Of a DNA stretch of 64,000 bases, positions 53,813 to 63,736 are shown piece after piece. Positions within the stretch are counted from its first letter, which is position 1; every line of letters starts with the position of its first letter. The notes beneath the pieces were generated by a model. The model ran no database searches. It saw only the letters and a program-made list of their open reading frames with translations, and had not been told where the DNA came from. Source of the stretch: Trichormus sp. ATA11-4-KO1 (GTDB taxonomy: Bacteria; Cyanobacteriota; Cyanobacteriia; Cyanobacteriales; Nostocaceae); the NCBI GenBank assembly GCA_019358915.1, contig JAHHIM010000010.1, positions 32,001 through 96,000 on the forward strand, given 5' to 3'. The translations under genes and the position numbers were made by a program.

Positions 53813-54358
53813 TTAAACAATTCGATTCACAATTGTCCAGACTTCTCCATCTGAGCGGACATAGGGAACTGAGATGGTTTTAAACCCAGTAATAAAAGGT
53901 TTGTAGTACACCTGCCAATACATGGGACTGAGATAATCAGCACAAGACTTCAACTGGCGGATTTCTGTTGCTAGTTCCGCAGCCAGTTGATTAATGCGTT
54001 CAGCATGAACCTGAGCCACTTCTCTGGCTGCTTCTAACTCTTGCTCTTGGGTAAGTTGTCTTGATTCTTTTTGCCAATTTTTTAATTCAGCTTGTTTGTA
54101 TTGTCGCTGTACTTCCAACGCCGCGATCGCATCGTCTATACCCTTGAGTTCTACAGACAATTGGGGATTTTCTCTGGCTTGGCGGCGATAAGCTTCAACC
54201 ATTGCCGACGGTGAATTATTTTCGCTAGATAATACATTATTAGCTGAATCATGATCGCCAGATAACACATTCTCAATAGTTAGCGCAGCGCGTTCTTGCT
54301 GGAGAGCCTGAATTTGTGAGTTCAGGGTGGTGATTTCTGTATGAATTGGATTAATCAT
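53813..54358 (-). CDS. Hypothetical coiled-coil protein downstream of thrB
   Basis: 181-aa ORF, 6 bp after the thrB stop. Confidence 0.7.
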   Translation of the reverse strand: MINPIHTEITTLNSQIQALQQERAALTIENVLSGDHDSANNVLSSENNSPSAMVEAYRRQARENPQLSVELKGIDDAIAALEVQRQYKQAELKNWQKESRQLTQEQELEAAREVAQVHAERINQLAAELATEIRQLKSCADYLSPMYWQVYYKPFITGFKTISVPYVRSDGEVWTIVNRIV

Positions 54359-54364
54359 TGCGGT

Positions 54365-55282
54365 TTATCCTTCGTAGCTTGCACCTTGGGTATCGAGAGA
54401 AAGCGATCGCACAACTGCTATAATTCCTGCTGACTGCCAAGCTGATAACATAGCCTCCTCTACAGCTGGGGAATGCAACTTATGTACTAAAGCTAACAGT
54501 GTTGGCCCTGCACCACTAATCACCATCCCATAGGCACCAGCTTTCACCGCAGCTGCATTTACCGTATCGTAGCCAGGAATCAAAGCTTGACGATATGGCT
54601 GATGCAATTTATCTTGCAAAGCCGTCCTTAACCATTCTCCCTTACCAGTTTCCAAGCCGCGTAATAATAACCCTAGATGCGCTGTGTTGAAAATTGCATC
54701 TGCACGACTCACTTGAGTGGGTAAAACTTGCCGTGCTTCACTGGTGGAAAGTTCAAAATCAGGAATAGCTACTACTGGTACAACATCTGCATTCCAGGGA
54801 ACTTCGCAAATTTCCCAATCATCGCCATAGGTAGCAGCCAAACGACATCCCCCCAACAGTGCTGGAACTACATTATCAGGATGCCCTTCCATTGCGATCG
54901 CTAATTCCATCACCTGCAACTGACTCAAAGGCTCACCCGCCAGTTGATTCGCACCAACCAAGCCGCCGACAATGGCTGTAGCTGAACTACCCAAACCTCT
55001 CGCCAAGGGTACACCCAACTCAATCTCCATTTTTACCGATGGCGGTGTCTGTCCTATATATTGATAGCACTTAACAAACGCCTGATAGAGCAAATTACTT
55101 TCATCGGTTTGCACCCGTTCGGCTTCTGCACCTGTGACATTAATAATTAATCCACCCTCTTCTAAGCGAGTGAACTTGAATTTGTTGTACAGAGTTAAAG
55201 CTGCACCAATACAGTCAAAACCAGGCCCCAAGTTAGCCGTGGTGGCAGGAACGGTAACAGTGATACTAGAAACGACAGACAT
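54365..55282 (-). CDS. thrB: Homoserine kinase
   Basis: [41 protein letters not shown]. Confidence 0.97.
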   Translation of the reverse strand: MSVVSSITVTVPATTANLGPGFDCIGAALTLYNKFKFTRLEEGGLIINVTGAEAERVQTDESNLLYQAFVKCYQYIGQTPPSVKMEIELGVPLARGLGSSATAIVGGLVGANQLAGEPLSQLQVMELAIAMEGHPDNVVPALLGGCRLAATYGDDWEICEVPWNADVVPVVAIPDFELSTSEARQVLPTQVSRADAIFNTAHLGLLLRGLETGKGEWLRTALQDKLHQPYRQALIPGYDTVNAAAVKAGAYGMVISGAGPTLLALVHKLHSPAVEEAMLSAWQSAGIIAVVRSLSLDTQGASYEG

Positions 55283-55397
55283 CTGCAAATACTCTCCAAT
55301 CATCAACCAGCATCTCATGTAAAGGTTACTGTTAGGTAGTTTGTAAAAGTCAATAACCAGATTAAAATAAGACTAGATTTCAATAGTTAAGGTAACA

Positions 55398-55622
55398 ATG
55401 GAAGTTTTTCAGATGAAGTCAACTGTTGGTGAATCAGGAGATTTGCATATTGAGATTCCCACAAAGTTGCCACCCGGACAGGTAAGTATAGTAGTTATAT
55501 TGAATCCTCTTGTCCCAAACAGCGTACTGGAAGCTGATTATGATTTTTCTGATGTCGCCGGAAAGTTAGCCTGGCAGGGGGATGCAGTAGCCATGCAAAG
55601 GTTGCTTAGGGATGAGTGGTAA
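55398..55622 (+). CDS. Putative antitoxin (VapB-like)
   Basis: 74 aa ending DAVAMQRLLRDEW; overlaps the PIN gene. Confidence 0.75.
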   Translation: MEVFQMKSTVGESGDLHIEIPTKLPPGQVSIVVILNPLVPNSVLEADYDFSDVAGKLAWQGDAVAMQRLLRDEW

Positions 55623-55990
55623 TCGTTATTTGCTTGATACAAATGCGGTGGTGGCACTGCTACAAGGTAATTCACAACTACTACAACTGTTGCAAAATGC
55701 TGATTGGGTGGGAATTTCTGTTATTAGTCAAATTGAATTTTTAGCATTTTCTGGGTTGAGTCAGGAAGATAAGCTAGTTTTTCAGCAATTTTTAAGACGG
55801 GTGGAAGTTGTTAGTTTAATGTCCGGGGATACAGTATTAATTGAACAGGTGATCCAACTTCGCCAACAATATCGCCTAAAATTACCGGATGCAATCATCG
55901 CAGCAATGGCCGCTTCAGATCAATGCAAACTTGGTAACTCTAGATCAGGAATTTGCTAAAGTCTCCACACTAAAAGTTATTGGCTGGTAG
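55612..55990 (+). pseudogene. vapC: VapC PIN toxin with +1 frameshift near 55910
   Basis: YLLDTN, IEF, LKLPDAIIAA. The natural tail LQINANLVTLDQEFAKVSTLKVIGW* lies in a shifted frame. Confidence 0.82.
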
Positions 55991-56040
55991 CTGGCAAAGT
56001 CTTGCTTGATTTTAGCAGCGTCGCTGATTTACAGTCGTGG

Positions 56041-56098
56041 TTAGGCTAAACAATGCCTAGCCTACGAAGGGTTAAAAGTTCTCGAAGTTAGCGATCGC
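56041..56098 (-). repeat. Duplicate of the thrS 3' end plus downstream REP hairpin
   Basis: 52/58 identical to 56587-56644; encodes AIANFENF* versus AIANFDNF* in thrS. Confidence 0.92.
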
Positions 56099-56390
56099 CT
56101 TTTAGTTCATCTACGAGTCTGTTTCCATGAATCACTGCTGCAATAGTCACGGTGTCACCTTGAATTCGATAAATAATTCGATAACTGTATGCAAACTTTT
56201 CCCTGATATTATCTTTACCAAACTCTGGTACTAATCGACCTGAAAAGGGAAATTCGTTTAAATTTTGAGTTACATCAAGTATTTTTTGTACGACTGTAGC
56301 CGCATAAGCAGCCGAGTCACGAGATATGTATGTAGCGATTGCTTCTACATCTTCTAAAGCTTTAGTAGACCAGACTACTTGATAAGCCAT
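56088..56390 (-). CDS. RelE/ParE-family toxin
   Basis: VVWSTKALEDVEAI, FPFSGR, YRIIYRI, VIHG. Confidence 0.92.
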   Translation of the reverse strand: MAYQVVWSTKALEDVEAIATYISRDSAAYAATVVQKILDVTQNLNEFPFSGRLVPEFGKDNIREKFAYSYRIIYRIQGDTVTIAAVIHGNRLVDELKGDR

Positions 56391-56563
56391 TTGCTTAAAA
56401 GTTCTTTAGCTTCTTGTTGGCTAATGGTTTTTTCTGTATCAGCTACTTCCAATCCATGACGAACTTTTTCGATGACATACAAATGATACTGGATATCTTC
56501 AATTGAGCAGTCATCTGGTAGTTGCTGTAAAAGAGATTGCACTTGTGCTTTTGTAGTACTCAT
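56375..56563 (-). CDS. Putative antitoxin of the RelE/ParE pair
   Basis: MSTTK...LPDDCSIEDIQYHLYV..KV..GL; overlaps the toxin start. Confidence 0.85.
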   Translation of the reverse strand: MSTTKAQVQSLLQQLPDDCSIEDIQYHLYVIEKVRHGLEVADTEKTISQQEAKELLSKWLIK

Positions 56564-56617
56564 AGGCTGTTTGAGTGATTTATTTTTTAGACTAGACAAT
56601 GCCTAGCCTACGGATGG

Positions 56618-58462
56618 TTAGAAGTTATCGAAGTTAGCGATCGCATTTTTCATTTTATCTAGCACCTCATCTACAGGTATCGCGCCTAACTCCCCAGAAG
56701 CACGGGTACGGATACTTAAGCTGTTGGATTCCACTTCTTTAGCTCCCACAACTGCCATTACGGGTATTTTTTGTTTCTCGGCATTGCGGATTAATTTACC
56801 CAGGCGATCGCCACTAGTATCGACTTCGGCACGGATACCCAAAGCCAACATTTTCGCTGCCACATCTTTGGTAAAATCTAGTTGGTCTTCTCCTACTGGT
56901 AATAATCGAGCTTGCACTGGCGCTAACCACAAGGGGAAATCACCAGCGTATTCTTCAATCAAAATCCCAATCAGCCGTTCCAGAGAACCAAAAGGCGCAC
57001 GGTGAATCATTATGGGACGTTGGCGGGAACCATCTTCAGCGACGTATTCTAAATCAAAGCGTTCAGGTAAGTTGTAATCTACCTGGACTGTTCCTAGTTG
57101 CCATTCTCGTTCTAAGGCATCACTCACAATGAAGTCTAGCTTTGGCCCATAGAAAGCCGCTTCACCAATACCTTCAAAGTGTTCCATTCCTAAGGTTTCA
57201 ACGGCTCGACGAATAGCATTTTCGGCTTGGTTCCAAGCTTGATCAGATCCAATATATTTATCACTAGCAGGATCACGAAAACTGAGTCTTGCTTTGAAAT
57301 TCCCCAGTTGCAGAGTTTTAATCACTGACAATATCAGATCAACCACGTTGAGGAATTCGTTATCCAATTGCTCTGGAGTCACAAAAATATGGGCATCATC
57401 TTGAGTGAAACCCCTAACTCGCGTTAAACCGCCCAATTCTCCTGATTGTTCGTAGCGGTAAACAGTACCGAATTCTGCCAATCTGATTGGTAATTCCCGA
57501 TAAGAACGTAATTCACTCTTATAAATTTGGATGTGGAAGGGGCAATTCATCGCTTTCAGGACAAAGCCCTGTTCATGCGCTGCTGCTTCCTCATCCTCTG
57601 CCATCATTGGGAAAAGGTCATCTTTATATTTTTGCCAATGTCCAGAAGTTTTGAATAAGTCAACTCTACCAATGTGAGGGGTGACAACCTGCTGGTAGCC
57701 ACGTTTTAGCTGTTCTTGTTTGAGGAAGTCTTCTAAAATACTCCGCAGCAAAGTACCTTTGGGTGTCCATAAGGGTAAACCTGGCCCCACTTGTTCAGAA
57801 AATATAAATAATCCTAGTTCCTTACCGAGTTTACGATGGTCACGCCGCAAAGCTTCTTCTTTACGTCGCTTATACTCAGCAAGTTGTTCTGGACTTTCCC
57901 ACGCAGTAGCATAGATGCGTTGTAACTGTGCTTTGGTTTCGTCTCCACGCCAATAAGCACCAGCAACACTTTCTAATTCAATGGCTTTGGGGTTTAATTC
58001 GCTAGTATTTTCTACGTGAGGTCCGGCGCACAAATCCCACCATTCATTTCCTAAATGGTAAATTGTGATGGGTTCTTCTTTGATATCTGCTAGGATTTCT
58101 AGTTTGTAAGGTTCCTGAATTCCCTGAATGCGTTTTTCGGCTTCTGTGCGGCTGACTTCTTCTCGAATCACTGGCAATTTGCGATTAATAATTTTAACCA
58201 TCTCTTTCTTGATGGCTTTTAAATCATTTTCGCTAAATGGTTCTGGACTATCAAAATCGTAGTAAAAACCGTTCTCAATCCAGGGGCCGATTGTAACTTG
58301 CGCCTTGGGAAACAACTTTTGTACTGCCATTGCCATCACATGAGAAGCTGTGTGACGAATCTTTTTTAAGTTTTCTGATTCGCTGGTACGCGGTAAATAC
58401 ATTTTTTCAGGTTGTTCTGACTGACTAAGAGATGATTTTGGCGACATCGGTTGCTGAACCAT
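56618..58462 (-). CDS. thrS: Threonine--tRNA ligase
   Basis: RHTASH, DLCAGPH, RDHRKLG, MNCP, YRYE.SG, AFYGPK, HRAPFGS.ER. Confidence 0.98.
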   Translation of the reverse strand: MVQQPMSPKSSLSQSEQPEKMYLPRTSESENLKKIRHTASHVMAMAVQKLFPKAQVTIGPWIENGFYYDFDSPEPFSENDLKAIKKEMVKIINRKLPVIREEVSRTEAEKRIQGIQEPYKLEILADIKEEPITIYHLGNEWWDLCAGPHVENTSELNPKAIELESVAGAYWRGDETKAQLQRIYATAWESPEQLAEYKRRKEEALRRDHRKLGKELGLFIFSEQVGPGLPLWTPKGTLLRSILEDFLKQEQLKRGYQQVVTPHIGRVDLFKTSGHWQKYKDDLFPMMAEDEEAAAHEQGFVLKAMNCPFHIQIYKSELRSYRELPIRLAEFGTVYRYEQSGELGGLTRVRGFTQDDAHIFVTPEQLDNEFLNVVDLILSVIKTLQLGNFKARLSFRDPASDKYIGSDQAWNQAENAIRRAVETLGMEHFEGIGEAAFYGPKLDFIVSDALEREWQLGTVQVDYNLPERFDLEYVAEDGSRQRPIMIHRAPFGSLERLIGILIEEYAGDFPLWLAPVQARLLPVGEDQLDFTKDVAAKMLALGIRAEVDTSGDRLGKLIRNAEKQKIPVMAVVGAKEVESNSLSIRTRASGELGAIPVDEVLDKMKNAIANFDNF

Positions 58463-58930
58463 TGGCGAAGTGATTGCAAAAAGATAATTTTAGTAGTTGA
58501 ATCTGTGCAAAATCTACCCAGAGACTAGGGTATGGGGGGATAAGGAGACAGTGTTTTCAAGTGCTGCTTCAAATATAGCGAGTTTAATTACTTTAATTAC
58601 TGCTGGATGAATTAACCCTTTTCTCATAAACCACAGATGCTGAGGGTTAAGCATTAGCGCCAAAGTGAAATATTCTGCACACTAGCATGTGATGCCTAGG
58701 GTACGTTAGACTAACGCCTTGCCGAGAATCTTCCAAACCCATTCTCTGTATGGTTTCCTCTGCACATCTAGAGTTTACATAAAGCTTCTACCAATATTAG
58801 CTTTACATTTATTTCGTAACTATCATTACAGATTTTTCCACAACCTATCCCAGGAAGGAGCATATAAGAATATTAAAAATTGTAAACAATGTTAATATTA
58901 GTAGAGAAGTTGGAAATATACTTTTTAGTT

Positions 58931-59248
58931 ATGCAAGACTCAAATTTACCAGGGACTGAGCTGCTGAAAACGGTATTAGAACCCTTACTGGGAGATTTTC
59001 AGTATTGGTTCGGGCGATCGCGTCAATTGTTAGAAACCGAGCAACTCTCATTTATGAGTCACGAAGAGCAATCTGATTTACTCTTGCGAGTCAAGCAAGC
59101 GCAAGAGGAAGTAAATACAGCAAAAATGATGTTTACCGCAACTGACGGACAAGTTGGGATTGATATGAATACCTTAATGCCTTGGCATCAATTGGTAACA
59201 GAATGCTGGAATGCGTCAATGCATTTCCATCAAGCGCGAGAAGTCTGA
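58931..59248 (+). CDS. DUF2605 family protein
   Basis: LLKTVLEPLL.DFQYWF.RS...MPWHQLVTECW. Confidence 0.85.
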   Translation: MQDSNLPGTELLKTVLEPLLGDFQYWFGRSRQLLETEQLSFMSHEEQSDLLLRVKQAQEEVNTAKMMFTATDGQVGIDMNTLMPWHQLVTECWNASMHFHQAREV

Positions 59249-59526
59249 AGTCTGGCTGCTGCTGGTTTACTTCAGCAAGCTGATTGCCACAACAGCAAGA
59301 CAGTATACAAATCTCATTGATAGTAAAGAATCCTTAACATTATTTTTATTAACAAATAATGTATCCTATGCTACCGTAATCTGAATAGCGTTTGAAAATT
59401 TTTTCTAAATAAATATAGACGCACCAAGAGTGCGTCAAAACTTTAACATCGTCGTAATTCACAATATTATCGATGAAGCGTTACAGTATAAGGTTTTAAA
59501 ACTTGCTGCTCCTGGAGGAAAAACCG

Positions 59527-59856
59527 ATGTTACACCTACTTTACATTCTTGCTTTTACAATCCTTGCTTTTATTGCCGTTGCTAACTTAATCCGCAACTT
59601 GATCATGTTTAGTTTTGATCGAGAGAGAACTTATCCGTCCCAATATTCGCCAAGAGGTAATCAGAGTAATTTTGCTTATTTTTCGGCAAAAAAACAGTTT
59701 ATTCCCCATCCAGAGTTATTAGATAATGCAGGTAACTTAATCAAAGAACCTTTGTTAGTCATGCGTTCTGTCAACGTTGAAGATGCTCGTCAACAGCTAG
59801 ATGCTCTTTATGAAGCTTCCCCAGGACAGAAAATTGACCGTCAAGAAGAGGGTTAA
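59527..59856 (+). CDS. DUF2973 family protein
   Basis: MLHLLYILAF...NLIRNL...HPELLD..G...EPLLVMRS. Confidence 0.85.
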   Translation: MLHLLYILAFTILAFIAVANLIRNLIMFSFDRERTYPSQYSPRGNQSNFAYFSAKKQFIPHPELLDNAGNLIKEPLLVMRSVNVEDARQQLDALYEASPGQKIDRQEEG

Positions 59857-59888
59857 TTTATAATAGTCATAATTTAAAATTGGTAGGA

Positions 59889-59916
59889 GTAGGGGTTGAG
59901 CATTGCTCAACCCCTA
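59889..59916. repeat. GTAG-type REP palindrome, possible terminator
   Basis: TAGGGGTTGAGCA-T-TGCTCAACCCCTA. Confidence 0.7.
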
Positions 59917-60092
59917 AAATTATTGATGTGTCAAGAGGGATAAAGGTAATCGTAATTTGTACCTAACAACCATGCGATCGCTTCTTATTCACAACCACAA
60001 ACAGGGAAACAACATTGCCAGATTTCTCATCGCTAGGGCAATATTTATTGTTCTAAGTAAAGTTAAATAATTTCTGAATCAGCACTCAGCAC

Positions 60093-60226
60093 TAAGTAGG
60101 TAGGCACAAATAAAATCAACTATGTAAAAAAGAAAAATGAATCAGCTTAAAACCCTCTTCCCTTCTGCCTCCTGCCTTCTGCCTTCTGCCTTATCCTAGC
60201 GATAAATTTTCCCACCCACCTACTTA
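60093..60226. mobile_element. TA-flanked MITE, copy 2 (inverted relative to 11486-11616); supplies the DUF29 stop codon
   Basis: TA|AGTAGGTAGGCAC...CACCCACCTACT|TA. Confidence 0.88.
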
Positions 60227-60714
60227 TTTTGGTCATGATTGTAATTATATTCGGGAAACCAGTTTTCATTTAAAATCTGCTCTAAGGAACCAATGGGTAT
60301 AAGAGGAAATATATCAATTATTAGTTGAGTGCGATCGCTTGCTTCTTTTCTCGCTTCTTCATAACATTCATCAAATATTTCTAATATGTAAGGTTTTAAA
60401 CTAGGACTATCTTGAAGTTCATCTTTTATCTGTCTACGAAATGTCCTAATTTCCCCTTTCCAATGTCCTTGATTACGTTCTCTTTCCTCATGCCAATACT
60501 TGAGTTTTAGTAGATGTTCAAGAAGCTTAATCAATAAACTTTTAATTGCTCGCTTCTGACTCCTACCCATAGTTTCCAACTCTTCTAACAAATTATCTAA
60601 ATCAACTGAGGAAAACTGTTTCGTGCGAATTTGGTTGATAGTTATCCTCAGCCACAGATAATAATCTTGGTCGTATAGGGTTTGAGATGCTGGTTGTATT
60701 ATTGGTGTCATCAT
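60220..60714 (-). CDS. DUF29 family protein
   Basis: LYDQDYYLW, DLDNLLEELETMGRS, HLLK..YW, SPSLK. Confidence 0.92.
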   Translation of the reverse strand: MMTPIIQPASQTLYDQDYYLWLRITINQIRTKQFSSVDLDNLLEELETMGRSQKRAIKSLLIKLLEHLLKLKYWHEERERNQGHWKGEIRTFRRQIKDELQDSPSLKPYILEIFDECYEEARKEASDRTQLIIDIFPLIPIGSLEQILNENWFPEYNYNHDQNK

Positions 60715-60903
60715 ACACTAGCGGCACTCCTACTATTTTTTTACTTTAGCCCAATTCCTGAATTGAGTTGGTTAGCAGATGAAAAAACGTGTTTGTAGTA
60801 AGCACTTGAGTGCTGAGAATATCAAGGACTAAAGTCCTTACTACAAACAAAAATTTCAAAATCCCAAAGTAAAAGCCTCTTGACTTCCGCGCAGCAGTAC
60901 TAG

Positions 60904-63195
60904 TTACGCTTCGATAACCACCCGGAGGTTACCGCGTTTTTTGGCAACGCGACAAGCGGTAGTGCTACCAGAACGCTCAAATTCTAAATCTAGTATGGTG
61001 GGGCCGACTCGTAAATTATGTAATGACAGCCGATTAATTGATTCTGGCAAAGCGGGGTCAATAATGCGCAAGCAGTTATTTTGAGCGTCGGGTACTAAGT
61101 TGACTACCATTTGTAGTAGTTGAAATATAGTACCAGTAGCCCAAGCTTGTGGTGTACAAGCAACTGGATATTGGACAGGTGTATGATGACCATTACGTTC
61201 GTAACCGCAGAAAAGTTCTGGAGGACGTTGTAAGGGTTGTTGGCTAGTCATATCGAACAAACCTTGGAATACTTCTAAAGCTTGATCGATTAAACCGAGC
61301 GATCGCAATCCCATTGCAATCAGAGAATTATCATGAGGCCAAACTGAACCGATGTGATAGCCCATAGGATTATAAGCTGGGGACAAACTGCTCAAAGTCC
61401 TAATACCCCAACCATTAAACATATCTGGTGCGCGCAATCTCTCTGCCACACTATAGGCTTTTTCGGGTGTGAAAATGCCCAAATTCAAACAGTGACCAGG
61501 ATTAGATGTAATACTCTCTACTTGTTTACCATCTCCATCTAAAGCTAAAGCACAGAAATCTTGGTCTTCTATCCAAAAGTCTTTATTAAAACGCACCTTG
61601 AGGTTTCTCGCCTCATCTAGCCAGCGTTCAGCCAAGTCAAGCCGCTTCTTCATCCTGGCTATTTCTGCTAGGCGAATTTTTGCTGCGTAGACGTAAGCTT
61701 GTACTTCACTTAGAGCGATCGGCCCGTTGGCTAACTCTCCTTTGCGGTCTACAATACAGTCACCAGAATCTTTCCATCCTTGGTTAGCTAGACCGCGTTT
61801 AGATTTACGGTAGTAGGTGAGATAACTGGTTTGTTGGAGATGGCGATCAATCCACTCCATCGCCGCTAGAGCATTCGGCCAAAGTTTCTCTAGGGTTTCT
61901 TGATCATGAGTCCAAGCGTAGTATTCAGCATACAACATCAACCACAGAGGTGTGGCATCAACTGTGCCGTAGTAGGGTGTATGCGGAATTTCTTGACAAC
62001 GAGCCATTTCCCCGAACCGCAACTCGTGCAAAATCTTACCTGGTTCTTCTTCGCGCCAGTCATCCTCGGTTTTACCTTGGTATGATGCTAGTATCATTAG
62101 GGTTTCTTTGGCAATTTGGGGATTTAACATCAAGGTTTGGGAAGCTGTAATCAGCGAATCCCGCCCGAATAATGCCGAAAACCAAGGCACACCTGCGGAA
62201 ACAGTCTTATTCTTGCCAAAAGACTGACGCAATAAATACATATCTTGCTCGGCTCGCTCAATCACACGATTGAAGATACTTTTATCTGATCTAATCTGTG
62301 TAATTTGCTGTACCCAGTGCTGCTCTTCCATCAACTCAGCAGCTTTGGCTTGTCCTAAGGTAAAAGCTGCACTCACCGTGGAACTTGGCTTGTTGTTGGT
62401 CAACATATTCAATCGATAGCCCAGTTTTTGGGTTTCGTGAGAAGCCAAATCCAACCGCCAAACCGCAGTGTAACCTTTGAAATAGTCTGGTTGGCGATGC
62501 TGGAATTGGATACGAGATTCCATCAGTAAGCCGTCTAAACCTTGATAGGCCAATGTCAAGGATTTTTCTGGCTGTGCGGGGGGTTGACTATGTAAGGGCG
62601 AAATCCCATCACCGACAAAATGTGCCCCTTCCGCAAACGCAGGTTCCATTAAGCGTAAAAGTCTACCCCGTTGTGATCTTTGGGCACCGCGAACTTCAAA
62701 TAAATCAACAAAATCGGCATCAAAGCTAATACTTAATTCAAAACTGACGGTAGTTGTGCTGTAATTAGACACCTCTATTTCTTCAAATAGTGCCCCATTG
62801 AGAACTATTTCCCGGCGAATTCCCACAGTCTCGGCTCTTAGGTGTTCGTCAATTCTCGGGTTAGTACACAGAACTGACAGTGAAAACCCTTTTTCAGCAG
62901 TACTGCTGAGGAGAATAGGCGATCGCCCTTCAATTTGCAACTCCAGACGATTGAGAAACCGGGTATCACAGCAAAATAGTCCCACGCTGGGGTTACCATC
63001 GTTGAGGGAACAACCAGAAATGTTCCCCATTGTATCCGTCACCAAAAATAAATCATCATCTTTAGCCGTCAGAGTTGGTTGTGGTTTTTCACCTACAACA
63101 CAAGGCCACTCCGAGATAGATAATTGTTCTGCGGGAATAAAAGTTTTTCCATCCAGGAAGATTGTTTCCGGGGTTATTAGTGTATCCGGTGTCAT
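60904..63195 (-). CDS. Amylo-alpha-1,6-glucosidase (glycogen debranching family)
   Basis: AGVPWF..LFGRD, EPGKILHE, YYGTVDAT, NQGWKDS, YHIGSVWPHDN, PQAWA. Confidence 0.93.
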   Translation of the reverse strand: MTPDTLITPETIFLDGKTFIPAEQLSISEWPCVVGEKPQPTLTAKDDDLFLVTDTMGNISGCSLNDGNPSVGLFCCDTRFLNRLELQIEGRSPILLSSTAEKGFSLSVLCTNPRIDEHLRAETVGIRREIVLNGALFEEIEVSNYSTTTVSFELSISFDADFVDLFEVRGAQRSQRGRLLRLMEPAFAEGAHFVGDGISPLHSQPPAQPEKSLTLAYQGLDGLLMESRIQFQHRQPDYFKGYTAVWRLDLASHETQKLGYRLNMLTNNKPSSTVSAAFTLGQAKAAELMEEQHWVQQITQIRSDKSIFNRVIERAEQDMYLLRQSFGKNKTVSAGVPWFSALFGRDSLITASQTLMLNPQIAKETLMILASYQGKTEDDWREEEPGKILHELRFGEMARCQEIPHTPYYGTVDATPLWLMLYAEYYAWTHDQETLEKLWPNALAAMEWIDRHLQQTSYLTYYRKSKRGLANQGWKDSGDCIVDRKGELANGPIALSEVQAYVYAAKIRLAEIARMKKRLDLAERWLDEARNLKVRFNKDFWIEDQDFCALALDGDGKQVESITSNPGHCLNLGIFTPEKAYSVAERLRAPDMFNGWGIRTLSSLSPAYNPMGYHIGSVWPHDNSLIAMGLRSLGLIDQALEVFQGLFDMTSQQPLQRPPELFCGYERNGHHTPVQYPVACTPQAWATGTIFQLLQMVVNLVPDAQNNCLRIIDPALPESINRLSLHNLRVGPTILDLEFERSGSTTACRVAKKRGNLRVVIEA

Positions 63196-63666
63196 TAGCA
63201 CAAGTTCCGTTTACAGGTCTATGTCAATAGGGTCAACAGGGAAAAGTCGCGCTGGAAGACTCTTTCAAGCCAAAAGTCAAATTAATAATCACATATTGTT
63301 GCCAAAGGAGCAGGCATCAAACCTACACAACAAATCCTTATAAGAGTATATTTTTTATATCTGAAGTCAAGGTGGAAATATGATGATTTTTATCTGATTA
63401 ATCTACCACTCAAGCTTATAGGGCACAATGTACAGGGAATACTTAGTCAAGATACTCAAGGCACATTTTTTTGCCAACAAACTTATTCTTCACTCAGGAA
63501 GGAAGCACTATTTTTTGAAAGCCCAAATGTCAAGTTAGATACTTCACTCAAATAAACTTTGGCGCAGGCTGATAGTAGAGATGTCTGTTATACTGCTGGG
63601 CTGTTGGTGGGGGCGCAGCCGCAAGGTTGTCGGTTGGATGGTACAAAACTTAATCTAAAATCCAGC

Positions 63667-63698
63667 TTGACCTTGTACTTAGGTATAGGGTTTATCCT
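63667..63698 (+). promoter_or_regulatory. MerR-type promoter/operator
   Basis: TTGACC, 20-nt spacer, TATCCT, with dyad ACCTTGTAC-TTAG-GTATAGGGT. Confidence 0.65.
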
Positions 63699-63736
63699 TA
63701 AAGCATCCAGATCACTGCATCGGCGGAGTATTCAGG

